A stretch of DNA of 64,000 bases from Candidatus Aldehydirespiratoraceae bacterium. Lineage in GTDB: Bacteria; Actinomycetota; Acidimicrobiia; Acidimicrobiales; Aldehydirespiratoraceae. Shown piece by piece: positions 44,859 to 53,693 of this stretch. The notes under the pieces are model-generated. The model did no database searches and had not been told where the DNA came from. It was given only the letters and a program-made list of their open reading frames with translations. The translations under genes were made by a program, and so were the position numbers. The DNA is taken from the NCBI GenBank assembly GCA_965221585.1, contig OZ244898.1:2105420-2169419 (forward strand), read 5' to 3'. How positions within the stretch are numbered: position 1 is the stretch's first letter; every line of letters starts with the position of its first letter.

Positions 44859-46007
44859 CTAGTCTGGTGCCTGGGACCCGGTGCCGTGCAGAAATCCCTG
44901 TTTGGAGACTCGTCTCTGACGGTGGGGACGACGAAACACCCGTGGGCGACGAACGGCTACCTGACGGTCTGACGACCACGAGGCCCTCGGTGCCTCGATC
45001 CAGGTGGCAAGGGACAGCAGCGGTCGGTCGTAATTGACGCGCCAGCCCGCGAAATCCCGCCACGCTTGCTCCTGATCAGCCACCACCGGCATTCCGACCG
45101 CCTTGAAGAGCTTGTAAACCTGATCGAACTCAGCCTGGTCGATGGCTATCGGGTCGTCCCCAGACGGGTCGGGGTCGTACTCGAAGCCGAAATAGTCGCA
45201 GATCCGGCGCAACGACAGGGTGCCGGTGCGGATCATCAACTGGGCACGAGGATCGGTCGGGACATCAAGGGCGGAGCAGTACAGCGACGCCGAGTCGAGC
45301 GCCAGTCCCGCGCTGGTTATCCACGACCGCTCAGGCACCGGCGAGCGGAAGAAGACCAGGATCGGGAAGCTGGTGTGGCTCTCCTCGATGTCGACGAACC
45401 AGTCCTCCCATTCGTACCAGGTGTGCAGCATCTCCTCGAGAGAGCCGATCTGATGACGACGCATGAGCATCGAAGCGGGGCTCGCCACCCCGTCGAACCC
45501 TGTCGAACGCAGATGGAATTTCGCCACCGCGGTCTCTCTTCTTGAGAATGCGCTGTAGATGGCCGGCAGGAAGCTGATCAACAGAGCCACCAGACCGAGA
45601 CCCACCAAGCCTTCCGCGATCGCGACGATCAGTGTCGGAAGGTCTTCTGTCGTGCGGAAGCCGAGCGTCGTCAGCGATGAGCCCGACAGCACGATCGCCT
45701 CGGTAAGGGGCCGGACTCCGAGTGCCCAGAACAATCCGGCGCAGCCGGTGATCACGCCCGCAGCCCATACGAACGGGAAGAGCATCAGGGTCACGGGCGC
45801 GAAGCGGGCCTTGACGTTCTCAGCCTTGCTCTGGTCTCGGAATCGACGTGATACGCCGTTGAACACTCGACGCATTGTCAGCATCGTGGCATTGGCAAGA
45901 AACGCCTGCTCACCTCTCGGTACCACGACAGTGCGTATCGCCGATCCCATGGTGCCGAGAGCCACCAGACCCCCCAGCGCACCCACGAGAATCCGAACAG
46001 CAATCAC
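44859..46007 (-). CDS. membrane protein with K+-channel-like TM-pore loop-TM module (degenerate filter TTLGFR) plus an about 220-aa cytoplasmic domain of unknown function
   Basis: TM (FAPVTLMLFPFVWAAG...), pore-helix-like LTEAIVLSGSSLTTLGFRT, TM (LPTLIVAIAEGLVGLGLVALLISF), then a soluble C-terminal domain. The stop is 4 nt upstream of the MgtE-like start. Confidence 0.6.
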   Translation of the reverse strand: MIAVRILVGALGGLVALGTMGSAIRTVVVPRGEQAFLANATMLTMRRVFNGVSRRFRDQSKAENVKARFAPVTLMLFPFVWAAGVITGCAGLFWALGVRPLTEAIVLSGSSLTTLGFRTTEDLPTLIVAIAEGLVGLGLVALLISFLPAIYSAFSRRETAVAKFHLRSTGFDGVASPASMLMRRHQIGSLEEMLHTWYEWEDWFVDIEESHTSFPILVFFRSPVPERSWITSAGLALDSASLYCSALDVPTDPRAQLMIRTGTLSLRRICDYFGFEYDPDPSGDDPIAIDQAEFDQVYKLFKAVGMPVVADQEQAWRDFAGWRVNYDRPLLSLATWIEAPRASWSSDRQVAVRRPRVFRRPHRQRRVSKQGFLHGTGSQAPD

Positions 46008-46153
46008 CCGATCAAGCCTAGAACCTGCAACTGCGCCACACCGGACCGCAGCTCAGTGGAGCGGGTGCCGGTATCTCAAACCGTGCGTCGCGGGTTCGGG
46101 CCGCAAATTGAGGTTCTCGGAGTTCCCGGATGCTCCTTGGTGTCCCCTGACCC

Positions 46154-48586
46154 CTAGCGGGCTTCTTGGCGCCAGTGGTGATAGGCGGCCCAGATGACCA
46201 GCATCGGGGGCAGCACAACCACAGCGGCGACGAGCGAGTAGATGACCGTGATGGCGGTGAGCAGGCCGAACTGGCCCATCGGCGCGATCGGGCTGAACAT
46301 CAGAACCATGAACCCCAGCGCCGTCGTGAGCGCCGAGCCGATGAGCGCTCCGCCGGTGGTGCTCATCGTCGTGTTGATGGCCTCGCTGATCGATTTTCCG
46401 TGGTCCACCTCTTCGATGAAGCGGTGCGTGACGTGGATGGTGTAGTCCACGCCGATGCCTATGGACAGCGCCGTAATGAGCGCGGTGATCACGTTGTAGC
46501 TGTAGCCCAACAGGACCATCGTGCCCAGCACCCACACCAGCACCATCAAGATGGGCATCACCGACAATACGGCCAGCATGGGCCGGAACTCGGTGATCCA
46601 GAAGAACAGGATCAGCACCACCAGGGCGGCCACGATGGTCAACATGATGGACATGGCCTGGCTCTCAGTCAGGCTGTCGGTCACCTCCAAGGAGGTTATC
46701 TCATTGGCCACCGGGGTGATGTCGCTGTCGTCGCCGAACCACAACCCGTCCACATCGGCGAACAGTTCGCGGGTGCGGTCGGCGTCGCCGGTGAGGGCGT
46801 TGAACTGCAGAATGGTGTGGTCGGCATCACCCGCCGCGCCGAGAGCCACCACCGAGTTGAAGCGGTCCGGGTCGTGATCATGCATCAACTCGAGCACGCG
46901 GTCGATGGTCTCTCTGTCGATCACGAGCGGACCTGATTCGTTGAGCGCCAACTCGTCTTGGATCTGAGCCTGCAGTTCCGGCGGCAGGTCTGCGAAGTAT
47001 GTGCCCAGTGAGTTGGTGATGCCGCTGCTCACCGCCTCGGGCCGCTGGTAGGGGTCTTCAAGGGCCGAGGAGAAGTCCAACAGGTTGCGCAGCGTGCGGT
47101 CGTCGGACAAGTCGGATTCCACCAGCACCGTGACCGGTTCGGTGTTGCCGCCGAGGTTCTCGGTCATGAACACTGCGTCTTCTTTGCTCTCGGTGCCGTC
47201 GGGGATGAAGTCGGCGGAGTTGAACTCGGTACCGAGCTGGGTGGTGAGCGCCATGAAGACCACGGTGACGATTCCGGTGGCCGCCAGAATGACCGAGGGC
47301 CGCCGTACCGTGGCACCCCCGATAGACTGCACCAGCCTGCCGGCGCCCGGAATGGCCTGGTCGATAGGCCGGATCTGCGGGGACTTCCCTTTGGCCTCGC
47401 CTCGGCGGTCCAACAGCGAACGCGCAGCCGGGACCGCGGTCAAGAACACGGCCAGTCCGCTGAAGACACCGACCGCAGCCACGACGCCGAAGTCGGCCAG
47501 CCCGGAGATTTCTCCGAACAGGTTGGTGAGGAAACTGACGATGGTGGTCACACCGGCCAGGCCCAGCGGCAGCATCACCCCTGCCACCGACTGGGAGATT
47601 CCCTCGGTGGTGCCGCTGCCCGCGGCGCGCACCTCCCGGTATCGGGATGTGACCTGTATACCGTAGTCCACGCACAGCCCGATCAGCATCACGGGCACCA
47701 TCTGCGCGAGCACGCTCGGTGCGCCGATCAGGCCGAGTCCGTCGGGCCCGAGCAGACCCTGAAAACCGAGTGCCCACACGATGGTGAGGATCAGCCCGGC
47801 CATTGACAACAGCACGTCGGAGACCTGCCGGTAGAACAGCACAAGCAGAACTGCGATCACCAGGAACGCCACCAGCATGAGGTTGCGGGTGGAAGTCTGG
47901 CTGGAGTCGCTGGACTCCTGGTCGCTCTTGCCTTGGGATGCGGCGCGGGCTGACTCCAACTCCTCCAGCGGGACCTGCTTCACCGACTCGTCAACGGACA
48001 GCTGCGCCTCAGCCAGCCCATCGGGATCGCCATAGGCGTTCACCGTGACGATACCGATCCCGCCGATCACGTCTCCGTTGCTGTTGCGGGCCACGATCTC
48101 GTTCAGGAACACGGCCAACGCAGCATTGGACTCGTCGGCGATCGCGGCGTCTATCTCGCTTTGGGTCACAGCGGCAAGATCCACGCCGCGGGGGTCGCCG
48201 CCCGGACCGGCGAGCATCGCAGCCAAGACATGGCCCGGCGACGTGGGCGGCCGGCTCGAGAACAGGTAACCGGCCAGTTCCGGATGGGATGCGGCGACGT
48301 TCGTCGCCGTGGCGGCATCGACAGCGCCCGCAGGGCTCAGCACATCGCCCCGCAGTACCACCTGCACCACTTCGAGCTCCGCGGAGTCGGGAAAGCTCTG
48401 GGACAGGTTGCCGATGGCCTCCACCAGCTCGCTGCCCTCGGGCAGGAACGCGTCCTCCACATCCGCGGTGTCGGAGGTCTTGGTGAATCCGAAGACCGCT
48501 ACCGCACTCACCACCAGTATCGCCGCCAGCGCCGTCCACGGCCGCCGGCCCACCCAACGCCCGTAAATCTGGAACAATCTGCTCAT
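46154..48586 (-). CDS. MMPL/RND-superfamily transporter
   Basis: 810 aa, two 6-TM bundles separated by large extracytoplasmic loops, MMPL-type sequence pattern. Confidence 0.85.
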   Translation of the reverse strand: MSRLFQIYGRWVGRRPWTALAAILVVSAVAVFGFTKTSDTADVEDAFLPEGSELVEAIGNLSQSFPDSAELEVVQVVLRGDVLSPAGAVDAATATNVAASHPELAGYLFSSRPPTSPGHVLAAMLAGPGGDPRGVDLAAVTQSEIDAAIADESNAALAVFLNEIVARNSNGDVIGGIGIVTVNAYGDPDGLAEAQLSVDESVKQVPLEELESARAASQGKSDQESSDSSQTSTRNLMLVAFLVIAVLLVLFYRQVSDVLLSMAGLILTIVWALGFQGLLGPDGLGLIGAPSVLAQMVPVMLIGLCVDYGIQVTSRYREVRAAGSGTTEGISQSVAGVMLPLGLAGVTTIVSFLTNLFGEISGLADFGVVAAVGVFSGLAVFLTAVPAARSLLDRRGEAKGKSPQIRPIDQAIPGAGRLVQSIGGATVRRPSVILAATGIVTVVFMALTTQLGTEFNSADFIPDGTESKEDAVFMTENLGGNTEPVTVLVESDLSDDRTLRNLLDFSSALEDPYQRPEAVSSGITNSLGTYFADLPPELQAQIQDELALNESGPLVIDRETIDRVLELMHDHDPDRFNSVVALGAAGDADHTILQFNALTGDADRTRELFADVDGLWFGDDSDITPVANEITSLEVTDSLTESQAMSIMLTIVAALVVLILFFWITEFRPMLAVLSVMPILMVLVWVLGTMVLLGYSYNVITALITALSIGIGVDYTIHVTHRFIEEVDHGKSISEAINTTMSTTGGALIGSALTTALGFMVLMFSPIAPMGQFGLLTAITVIYSLVAAVVVLPPMLVIWAAYHHWRQEAR

Positions 48587-48760
48587 CTTGCCTGCCCGTT
48601 CTCGCCCATGAAAGGCACTTGCGAATGTCTGTGAAGGCTACAGGTCTGCGAAGGTGATGGCGCAGCGGTGCCAATGTGGGGCGGCGGCCCAAGGTCTGGT
48701 CCGGACCGGACCCCACCGCGTGGCAACGGGAAAGGCAGTCGATGCCGTCAAGACTCGTGT

Positions 48761-48804
48761 AGTCCTCCGAACCTGTATAGTGAGTGCCTACAGGCGATAG
48801 GACT
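48761..48804. promoter_or_regulatory. composite inverted repeat immediately upstream of the PPOX-type gene (candidate operator or 5' hairpin)
   Basis: AGTCCT (48761-66) ... CCTGTA (48772-77) - 11 nt - TACAGG (48789-94) ... AGGACT (48799-804). It ends 7 nt before ATG 48812. An additional TACAGG lies upstream (in ggctacaggtc). Confidence 0.35.
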
Positions 48805-48811
48805 CAAGACG

Positions 48812-49441
48812 ATGGCTGCTGTCGAATCCCAACCTGGAGTGTCCGGCTATTCGCAGTTGCGGGATGTCTACGCAGAGCCGTTGCCGCGGGCCTCGCAGAA
48901 GGTCCTTGACCATTTGGACGTCCACTGCCGGAGGTTCATCGAGATGTCACCGTTCTGTGTAGTCAGCTCCACAGGCGCAGACGGACGGGCCGACGCCTCG
49001 CCCAGGGGAGACCCTCCCGGATTCGTGAAGGTCCTTGACAGGCACACCCTGTTGTTGCCCGACCGCCCGGGCAACAACCAGGTCGACACCCTGCAGAACA
49101 TCCTGAACCATCCCGTTGTGGGGTTGCTGTTCCTCGTCCCGGGCATGAACGAGACGCTGCGGGTATGCGGTTCGGCGGAGATCGTCACCGACGAGCAGGC
49201 ACTGGCGCCGCTCACGGTGGGGAAGCGGGCACCGAAGTCGGGACTGAGGATTTCCGTCAAGGATGCGTTCTTGCATTGCGGGCGGGCGCTGCTCCGTTCC
49301 CGCCTATGGGATCCCGAGACTCAGATCGACCGCACCGGCTATCCGACCTACGGTCAGGTGCTCGCTGAACAGATCGCTGGGGCCGATGCGGAGGCCATCG
49401 ACCGCGACGAACAGGAAGCGAACCGCGAGAACCTCTACTGA
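48812..49441 (+). CDS. PPOX-class (pyridoxamine 5'-phosphate oxidase-like) FMN/F420 flavoprotein
   Basis: LLLPDRPGNNQVDTLQNILNHPVVGLLFLVPGMNETLRVCG pattern of the split-barrel PPOX family. Start at ATG 48812. Confidence 0.75.
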   Translation: MAAVESQPGVSGYSQLRDVYAEPLPRASQKVLDHLDVHCRRFIEMSPFCVVSSTGADGRADASPRGDPPGFVKVLDRHTLLLPDRPGNNQVDTLQNILNHPVVGLLFLVPGMNETLRVCGSAEIVTDEQALAPLTVGKRAPKSGLRISVKDAFLHCGRALLRSRLWDPETQIDRTGYPTYGQVLAEQIAGADAEAIDRDEQEANRENLY

Positions 49442-49497
49442 AGAACCCCTCGACACTCGGCGGGAGGGTCAGTCGCAGTCGATTGCGGTCGAGGCCC

Positions 49498-49512
49498 CTT
49501 CGTCGGACGAAG
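49498..49512. terminator. short hairpin between convergent genes (weak terminator candidate)
   Basis: CTTCG-tcgga-CGAAG (extendable to CTTCGTC/GACGAAG) between the PPOX stop (49441) and the CitE-like stop (49521). No U-tract. Confidence 0.25.
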
Positions 49513-49520
49513 CGAGTGCG

Positions 49521-50471
49521 TCAGACGAGTCCGCATTGGCGGGCCCGGTCGAGGGTGACCTCGAACAGGCGGGTGGTGGCGGCATCGATCATCATGCCCT
49601 TGTAGTTGGCGGCCCCCAGCCCGCCGGCCTCGGCTTCTGCGACGGCGTCGATCACACTCTGGGCTTCGATGATCTCCTCGGGGGTCGGGGCGAATACCCG
49701 GTTGGCCACCTCGATCTGGCTGGGATGGATGCACCACTTGCCCACACCGCCCAGCATCGAGAAGGTGGCCGCGCTGCGCTCGTAGCCCTCCGGGCTGGCG
49801 AAGTTGGCGTACGGCCCGTCGATGGCGTCGATGCCCGCGGCCCGGCAGGCCACGACCATGCGGGCGCGGGCGTAGTGCCAGACGTCGCCCGGGTAGCGGA
49901 GGGCTGCGTCGCCGTCGCCGTCGGCCACCCCGATGTGGCCCAGGCGCATTCCCTGGCTGGCCGACAGATCGCCCACCCCCAGGGTGAGGGCCTCGAGGCG
50001 GGGACTGCAGCAGGCGATCTCGTCCACCGCCTGAACCGCCTCGACCTCCTCGACGAGACACTCGATGCCGATTCGGCCCACTTCGAGTCCGAGCTTGAGT
50101 TCGAGCTGGGTCAACATGTCGTCGACGAACCACACCTCGCGGGGGCCTTTGATCTTGGGAACCATGATCACGTCGATGTTGGCCCCGGCACCGGTCACGA
50201 CCTCGGCTATGTCGTCGTGACACCACTGGGTGTGGACGCCGTTGATGCGGTAGGAGCGGATCTTGGTCCCCCAGTCGAGTTCGTTGAGCCCGGCGATGAT
50301 GTTGCGGCGGGCATCAACCTTGGCTGACGGGGCCACCGCGTCCTCAAGGTCCAAGAACACCATGTCGGCGTCGCTTTGCGCGGCCTTGGCGATCATCTTC
50401 TCGGAGTGCCCCGGAGTGGACAGCTCCGAGCGTCGCACCCGCACTGGTTTGTGGCGTTCATAGCTGCTCAC
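49521..50471 (-). CDS. HpcH/HpaI aldolase / CitE-family acyl-CoA lyase (malyl/citramalyl/HMG-CoA lyase-like)
   Basis: RSELSTPGHSEKMIAKAAQSDADMVFLDLEDAVAP... matches the CitE/malyl-CoA lyase N-terminal pattern; 316 aa. Confidence 0.8.
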   Translation of the reverse strand: MSSYERHKPVRVRRSELSTPGHSEKMIAKAAQSDADMVFLDLEDAVAPSAKVDARRNIIAGLNELDWGTKIRSYRINGVHTQWCHDDIAEVVTGAGANIDVIMVPKIKGPREVWFVDDMLTQLELKLGLEVGRIGIECLVEEVEAVQAVDEIACCSPRLEALTLGVGDLSASQGMRLGHIGVADGDGDAALRYPGDVWHYARARMVVACRAAGIDAIDGPYANFASPEGYERSAATFSMLGGVGKWCIHPSQIEVANRVFAPTPEEIIEAQSVIDAVAEAEAGGLGAANYKGMMIDAATTRLFEVTLDRARQCGLV

Positions 50472-50980
50472 TGGGCCTCCTCAACCTCGGTTCTGCGGAC
50501 AGCAGCGGGTTCGCGGCGCTTGATCAACACCAGCCGCTCCAACTCGCACACGACCTCACCGTGCTGGTTGAGGCCCCAGTGCTTGAAGCGTACGATACCC
50601 GCGTCGTCGCGATCGGGGGCATCGACGGTCTCCAGTACTTCGGTGTATGCGGTGATGGTGTCTCCGTGGTGCACCGGCTTGGAGAACCGCACCGCGTCAA
50701 GTCCGAGTTCGCACAAGGCGTTCTCAGCGGTGTCCTGGCTGGCAAGCCCCACCGTCATAGAGCCGGTGATGAGTCCGAACACGAGGCGGCCGTCGCCCAG
50801 TGGCGACTGGGCCAGGTACTCCTCGTTCCAATGCGTCTGCGCGGTGTTCATCACCTGCTTGGAGATGTAGTTGTTCTCCACCTCGTCGATGGTTGCCGAG
50901 CGGGCGTGGCGCATCCGCCGGCCCACCTCGAAATCCTCGAAGTAGTTGCTTGAGCCGGTGAGGGATGAGAGCGAGGTCAT
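50468..50980 (-). CDS. MaoC-family (hotdog) dehydratase/hydratase
   Basis: 170 aa single hotdog. 4-nt overlap with the CitE-like start. Confidence 0.75.
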   Translation of the reverse strand: MTSLSSLTGSSNYFEDFEVGRRMRHARSATIDEVENNYISKQVMNTAQTHWNEEYLAQSPLGDGRLVFGLITGSMTVGLASQDTAENALCELGLDAVRFSKPVHHGDTITAYTEVLETVDAPDRDDAGIVRFKHWGLNQHGEVVCELERLVLIKRREPAAVRRTEVEEAQ

Positions 50981-50989
50981 GGCATTGTT

Positions 50990-52207
50990 CTAGCGCAGCG
51001 GCGAGTAGGGCAGGAGGTGGTCGGAGATTATCCGCTGCATGATCTCGCTGGTCCCTTCGAAGATCTTGGTGAGACGGGCGTCGCGCCAGTAGCGCTCCAC
51101 GGGGAAGTCGGTGGTGTAGCCGGCACCGCCGTGAATCTGGAGCGCCTCCGAGGTCACCCGCTCGGACATCTCCGAAGCCAGATACTTGGCCATCGCCGCG
51201 GTCATGTCGCAGGACTCGCCCGAATCGGCGTCGGCCGCGACCTGATACATCAGAGCCCGGCAAGCCTCTATTTCCGACGCCATTCTGGCGATCTTGAAAC
51301 GGGTAACCTGGAAGTCGCCGATGGGGCGGCCGAACTGCTCCCGCTGTTGGGCGTAGGCGATCGAGTCCTCCAAGGCGCCCCGGGCCAGGCCGATCGAACG
51401 GGCAGCGGTATGGATGCGAGGGGTGGTCATGCCCGCTGCCGTGCGCTTGAATCCGGCGGCTTCGGCTGTCTCCGACTTCTCGTGGCCCACCAGGCAGTCG
51501 TCGGGCACGAAGCAGTCGTCGAATGACAACTCGTAGGTGCGCCAGCCGTGATAGCCGATCTTGTTTATCGGGTTGCCCGACACCCCTTCGGGAAACGCGC
51601 CCGGCGCCTTGTGGACGGCGAATTGACGAATCCCGGAGTGCCTCTTGTCGGGATCGTAGGGCTTGTTGCGGGCCACCACCAGGATGCAGTCGGCCTGATC
51701 GGCGAACGTGCACCACATCTTCTGGCCGTTGAGCAGCCACCCGCCCTCGGTTCTGGAGGCCCGGGTCCGGATCGACGCAATGTCGGAACCGGCGTCGGGT
51801 TCGGACATGGCGAAGCAGCCGAGCCATTCTCCGCGGGCGGCCATCGGCAAGAACCGCTCGCGCTGGCTGGGGTCGAGCGAGAAGGCGATTGATGCGCGGG
51901 CGATGATGCTGCCCACGCTCATCCAGGCTCGGGACAGCTCCTCGGCGATCAAGGCGTATTCGAACACTCCAAGGCCCAGGCCCCCGTAGCGCTCAGGGAC
52001 CATCACCCCGAAGAATCCCAGCTCACCCATCTCGGCGCGCAGTTCGTCGGGGATCAGCGCGTGCTCGGGGTCGAGGCGGTTGGCGATGGGCAGCACTCGG
52101 TCCATGGCGAAGTCGCGCGCCATCTGCTGAATCGCTTCCCGCTCGTCGGTGCGATACGGCGTTGGGATCGGGGGCCGCGGGTCCACCAGAGCGCGGGCCA
52201 TGCTCAA
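50990..52207 (-). CDS. acyl-CoA dehydrogenase
   Basis: 405 aa, with ACAD N, middle and C-terminal domain patterns (CFAMSEPDAGSD, QIHGGAGYT, IFEGTSEI). Confidence 0.9.
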   Translation of the reverse strand: MSMARALVDPRPPIPTPYRTDEREAIQQMARDFAMDRVLPIANRLDPEHALIPDELRAEMGELGFFGVMVPERYGGLGLGVFEYALIAEELSRAWMSVGSIIARASIAFSLDPSQRERFLPMAARGEWLGCFAMSEPDAGSDIASIRTRASRTEGGWLLNGQKMWCTFADQADCILVVARNKPYDPDKRHSGIRQFAVHKAPGAFPEGVSGNPINKIGYHGWRTYELSFDDCFVPDDCLVGHEKSETAEAAGFKRTAAGMTTPRIHTAARSIGLARGALEDSIAYAQQREQFGRPIGDFQVTRFKIARMASEIEACRALMYQVAADADSGESCDMTAAMAKYLASEMSERVTSEALQIHGGAGYTTDFPVERYWRDARLTKIFEGTSEIMQRIISDHLLPYSPLR

Positions 52208-52704
52208 TCGGCCTTCGGAGAGCGCCTTCTGACAACCAGGTTTGTGCGTTGGTAGTCAAGTACCAACTCGCCGTGCTGGTTGCAGGCCTCGGTGTGCCAG
52301 GTGACGATCCCCGTCTGAGGCCGGGTCTGCGACTCGCGGGCCTCGACCACTCTGGAGGAAGCCGTGAGCGTGTCGCCCGGATGGACCGGACGGTGGAACC
52401 TCACGTTCTCCATTCCCAGAAACGGCCCGCCGATCTCACTGAGGTCTTCCACCGAGAGTCCGACCACCGTGCACAGCACCAGCATCGGATTGACCACCAC
52501 ATCGGGATGGCCGTGCGCCTTGGCGAACTCGGAGTTCAGGTGCATCGGATTCCAGTTGCACGTTGCGGTGGAGAACAGTGCATTGTCGCCACTGGTGATC
52601 GTGCGGCCCCAATGGTGTGCGAACTCCCGCCCCTCGCGAAAGTCCTCGAACTGATGGCCGTGGACAACCGCAGGGAAGTTCTCAAAGTCGGGCTCGCCCA
52701 TCAC
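52204..52704 (-). CDS. MaoC-family (hotdog) dehydratase/hydratase, second paralogue
   Basis: 166 aa. ...TSGDNALFSTATCNWNPMHLNSEFAKAHG... hydratase-2-like motif. 4-nt overlap with the ACAD start. Confidence 0.75.
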   Translation of the reverse strand: MMGEPDFENFPAVVHGHQFEDFREGREFAHHWGRTITSGDNALFSTATCNWNPMHLNSEFAKAHGHPDVVVNPMLVLCTVVGLSVEDLSEIGGPFLGMENVRFHRPVHPGDTLTASSRVVEARESQTRPQTGIVTWHTEACNQHGELVLDYQRTNLVVRRRSPKAD

Positions 52705-52856
52705 CGCCCGATGCTAACGACCAAGCCCCCCAACAACAAGCAGCCGGCGTGAGCCTGCGGATGCGGCGGTTTCAGCGGTAGAACTGGATATGGGCAACCG
52801 CTCCGTGGTCACATTGGGCACCCGACCTCTTGACAGGCTGCGATTCGCGGTCAAAC

Positions 52857-53669
52857 ATGTGGCCCGTGACCGTTGAGGCTGTGGCTGCACTAGGCGCTTT
52901 TCACAACAGGTTCGTGGAGGCGGCCCGAGCCTTCTCGGATGCTGAGTGGATAGCCCCTTCGGCATGTCCGGGATGGCGGGTTCGAGATGTGGTCGCCCAT
53001 CTCGGAGCGGGCGCGCGCAGCATGATCGATCCGCTGCCGGTGCCCGAAGACCGCCTGCCGCTGCCCGCCAACCGTGAGCGGGAGCATGATGTGCATGTAG
53101 ACATGCGCCGAGGCTGGACGATTGCCGAGGTTATGGAAGAATTCGAGCAGTTCGGCGCCGAGCGGATGAAACGTCTGCCCGGGCTCCAAGAGGAACCGCT
53201 GGCGTCCACTGAGATCGAGATACCCGGGTTGGGCACCTACCCCATGCACGCCGCGGCCAACGGGCTGGCCTTCGACTATTTCTGTCACCTCTACCATGAC
53301 ATCGCCGCTCCCGGGGGTCCGGTCCAGCTGGCGCTGCCGACGCCGACCCACGCCGAGATGCTGCCGGTGGTGCAGTGGATGATGTGGGGGCTGCCCCAGA
53401 TGCAGGGTCCCGAGCTCGACGACTCCCTGCTGGCACCGGTCACCATTCGCCTGACCGGCCCCGGTGAGAGCGAGTGGACGGTGCGCCGCCCCGATGCTGC
53501 GGGTGGGCTGGTTGTGGAGTCCGGCGGGGGCGCAGAGGTGGTGGTCACCTCGTCGGCGGTGGACTTCGTGTCGTGGGGCACCGGCCGCTCTGCGTGGCCC
53601 GCCGCGTGCGGGGTGCAGGGCGACACGGCTGTGGCGACCGCGTTCCTGTCCACTCTGGACATTGTCTGA
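52857..53669 (+). CDS. DinB-like / mycothiol-dependent maleylpyruvate isomerase N-terminal domain family protein
   Basis: ...FSDAEWIAPSACPGWRVRDVVAHLG... is the family N-terminal pattern. The start is ambiguous (TTG 52830, ATG 52857, GTG 52866). A perfect TTGACA lies at 52830-52835. Confidence 0.65.
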   Translation: MWPVTVEAVAALGAFHNRFVEAARAFSDAEWIAPSACPGWRVRDVVAHLGAGARSMIDPLPVPEDRLPLPANREREHDVHVDMRRGWTIAEVMEEFEQFGAERMKRLPGLQEEPLASTEIEIPGLGTYPMHAAANGLAFDYFCHLYHDIAAPGGPVQLALPTPTHAEMLPVVQWMMWGLPQMQGPELDDSLLAPVTIRLTGPGESEWTVRRPDAAGGLVVESGGGAEVVVTSSAVDFVSWGTGRSAWPAACGVQGDTAVATAFLSTLDIV

Positions 53670-53693
53670 CATGGCGTTCGACACGGCCGTCGC

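Noticed and set aside
46041-46110. tRNA-like fragments (GCTCAGTGGAGC D-arm-like; CCGGTATCTCAAACCGT anticodon-arm-like with CTC; GGGTTCGGGCC T-arm-like) in the MMPL/pore-loop intergenic region
   Set aside because: No complementary 7-bp acceptor stem can be formed. The D-loop would be only 4 nt, and the T-stem and anticodon stem each have mismatches. It is not a credible tRNA or tmRNA.
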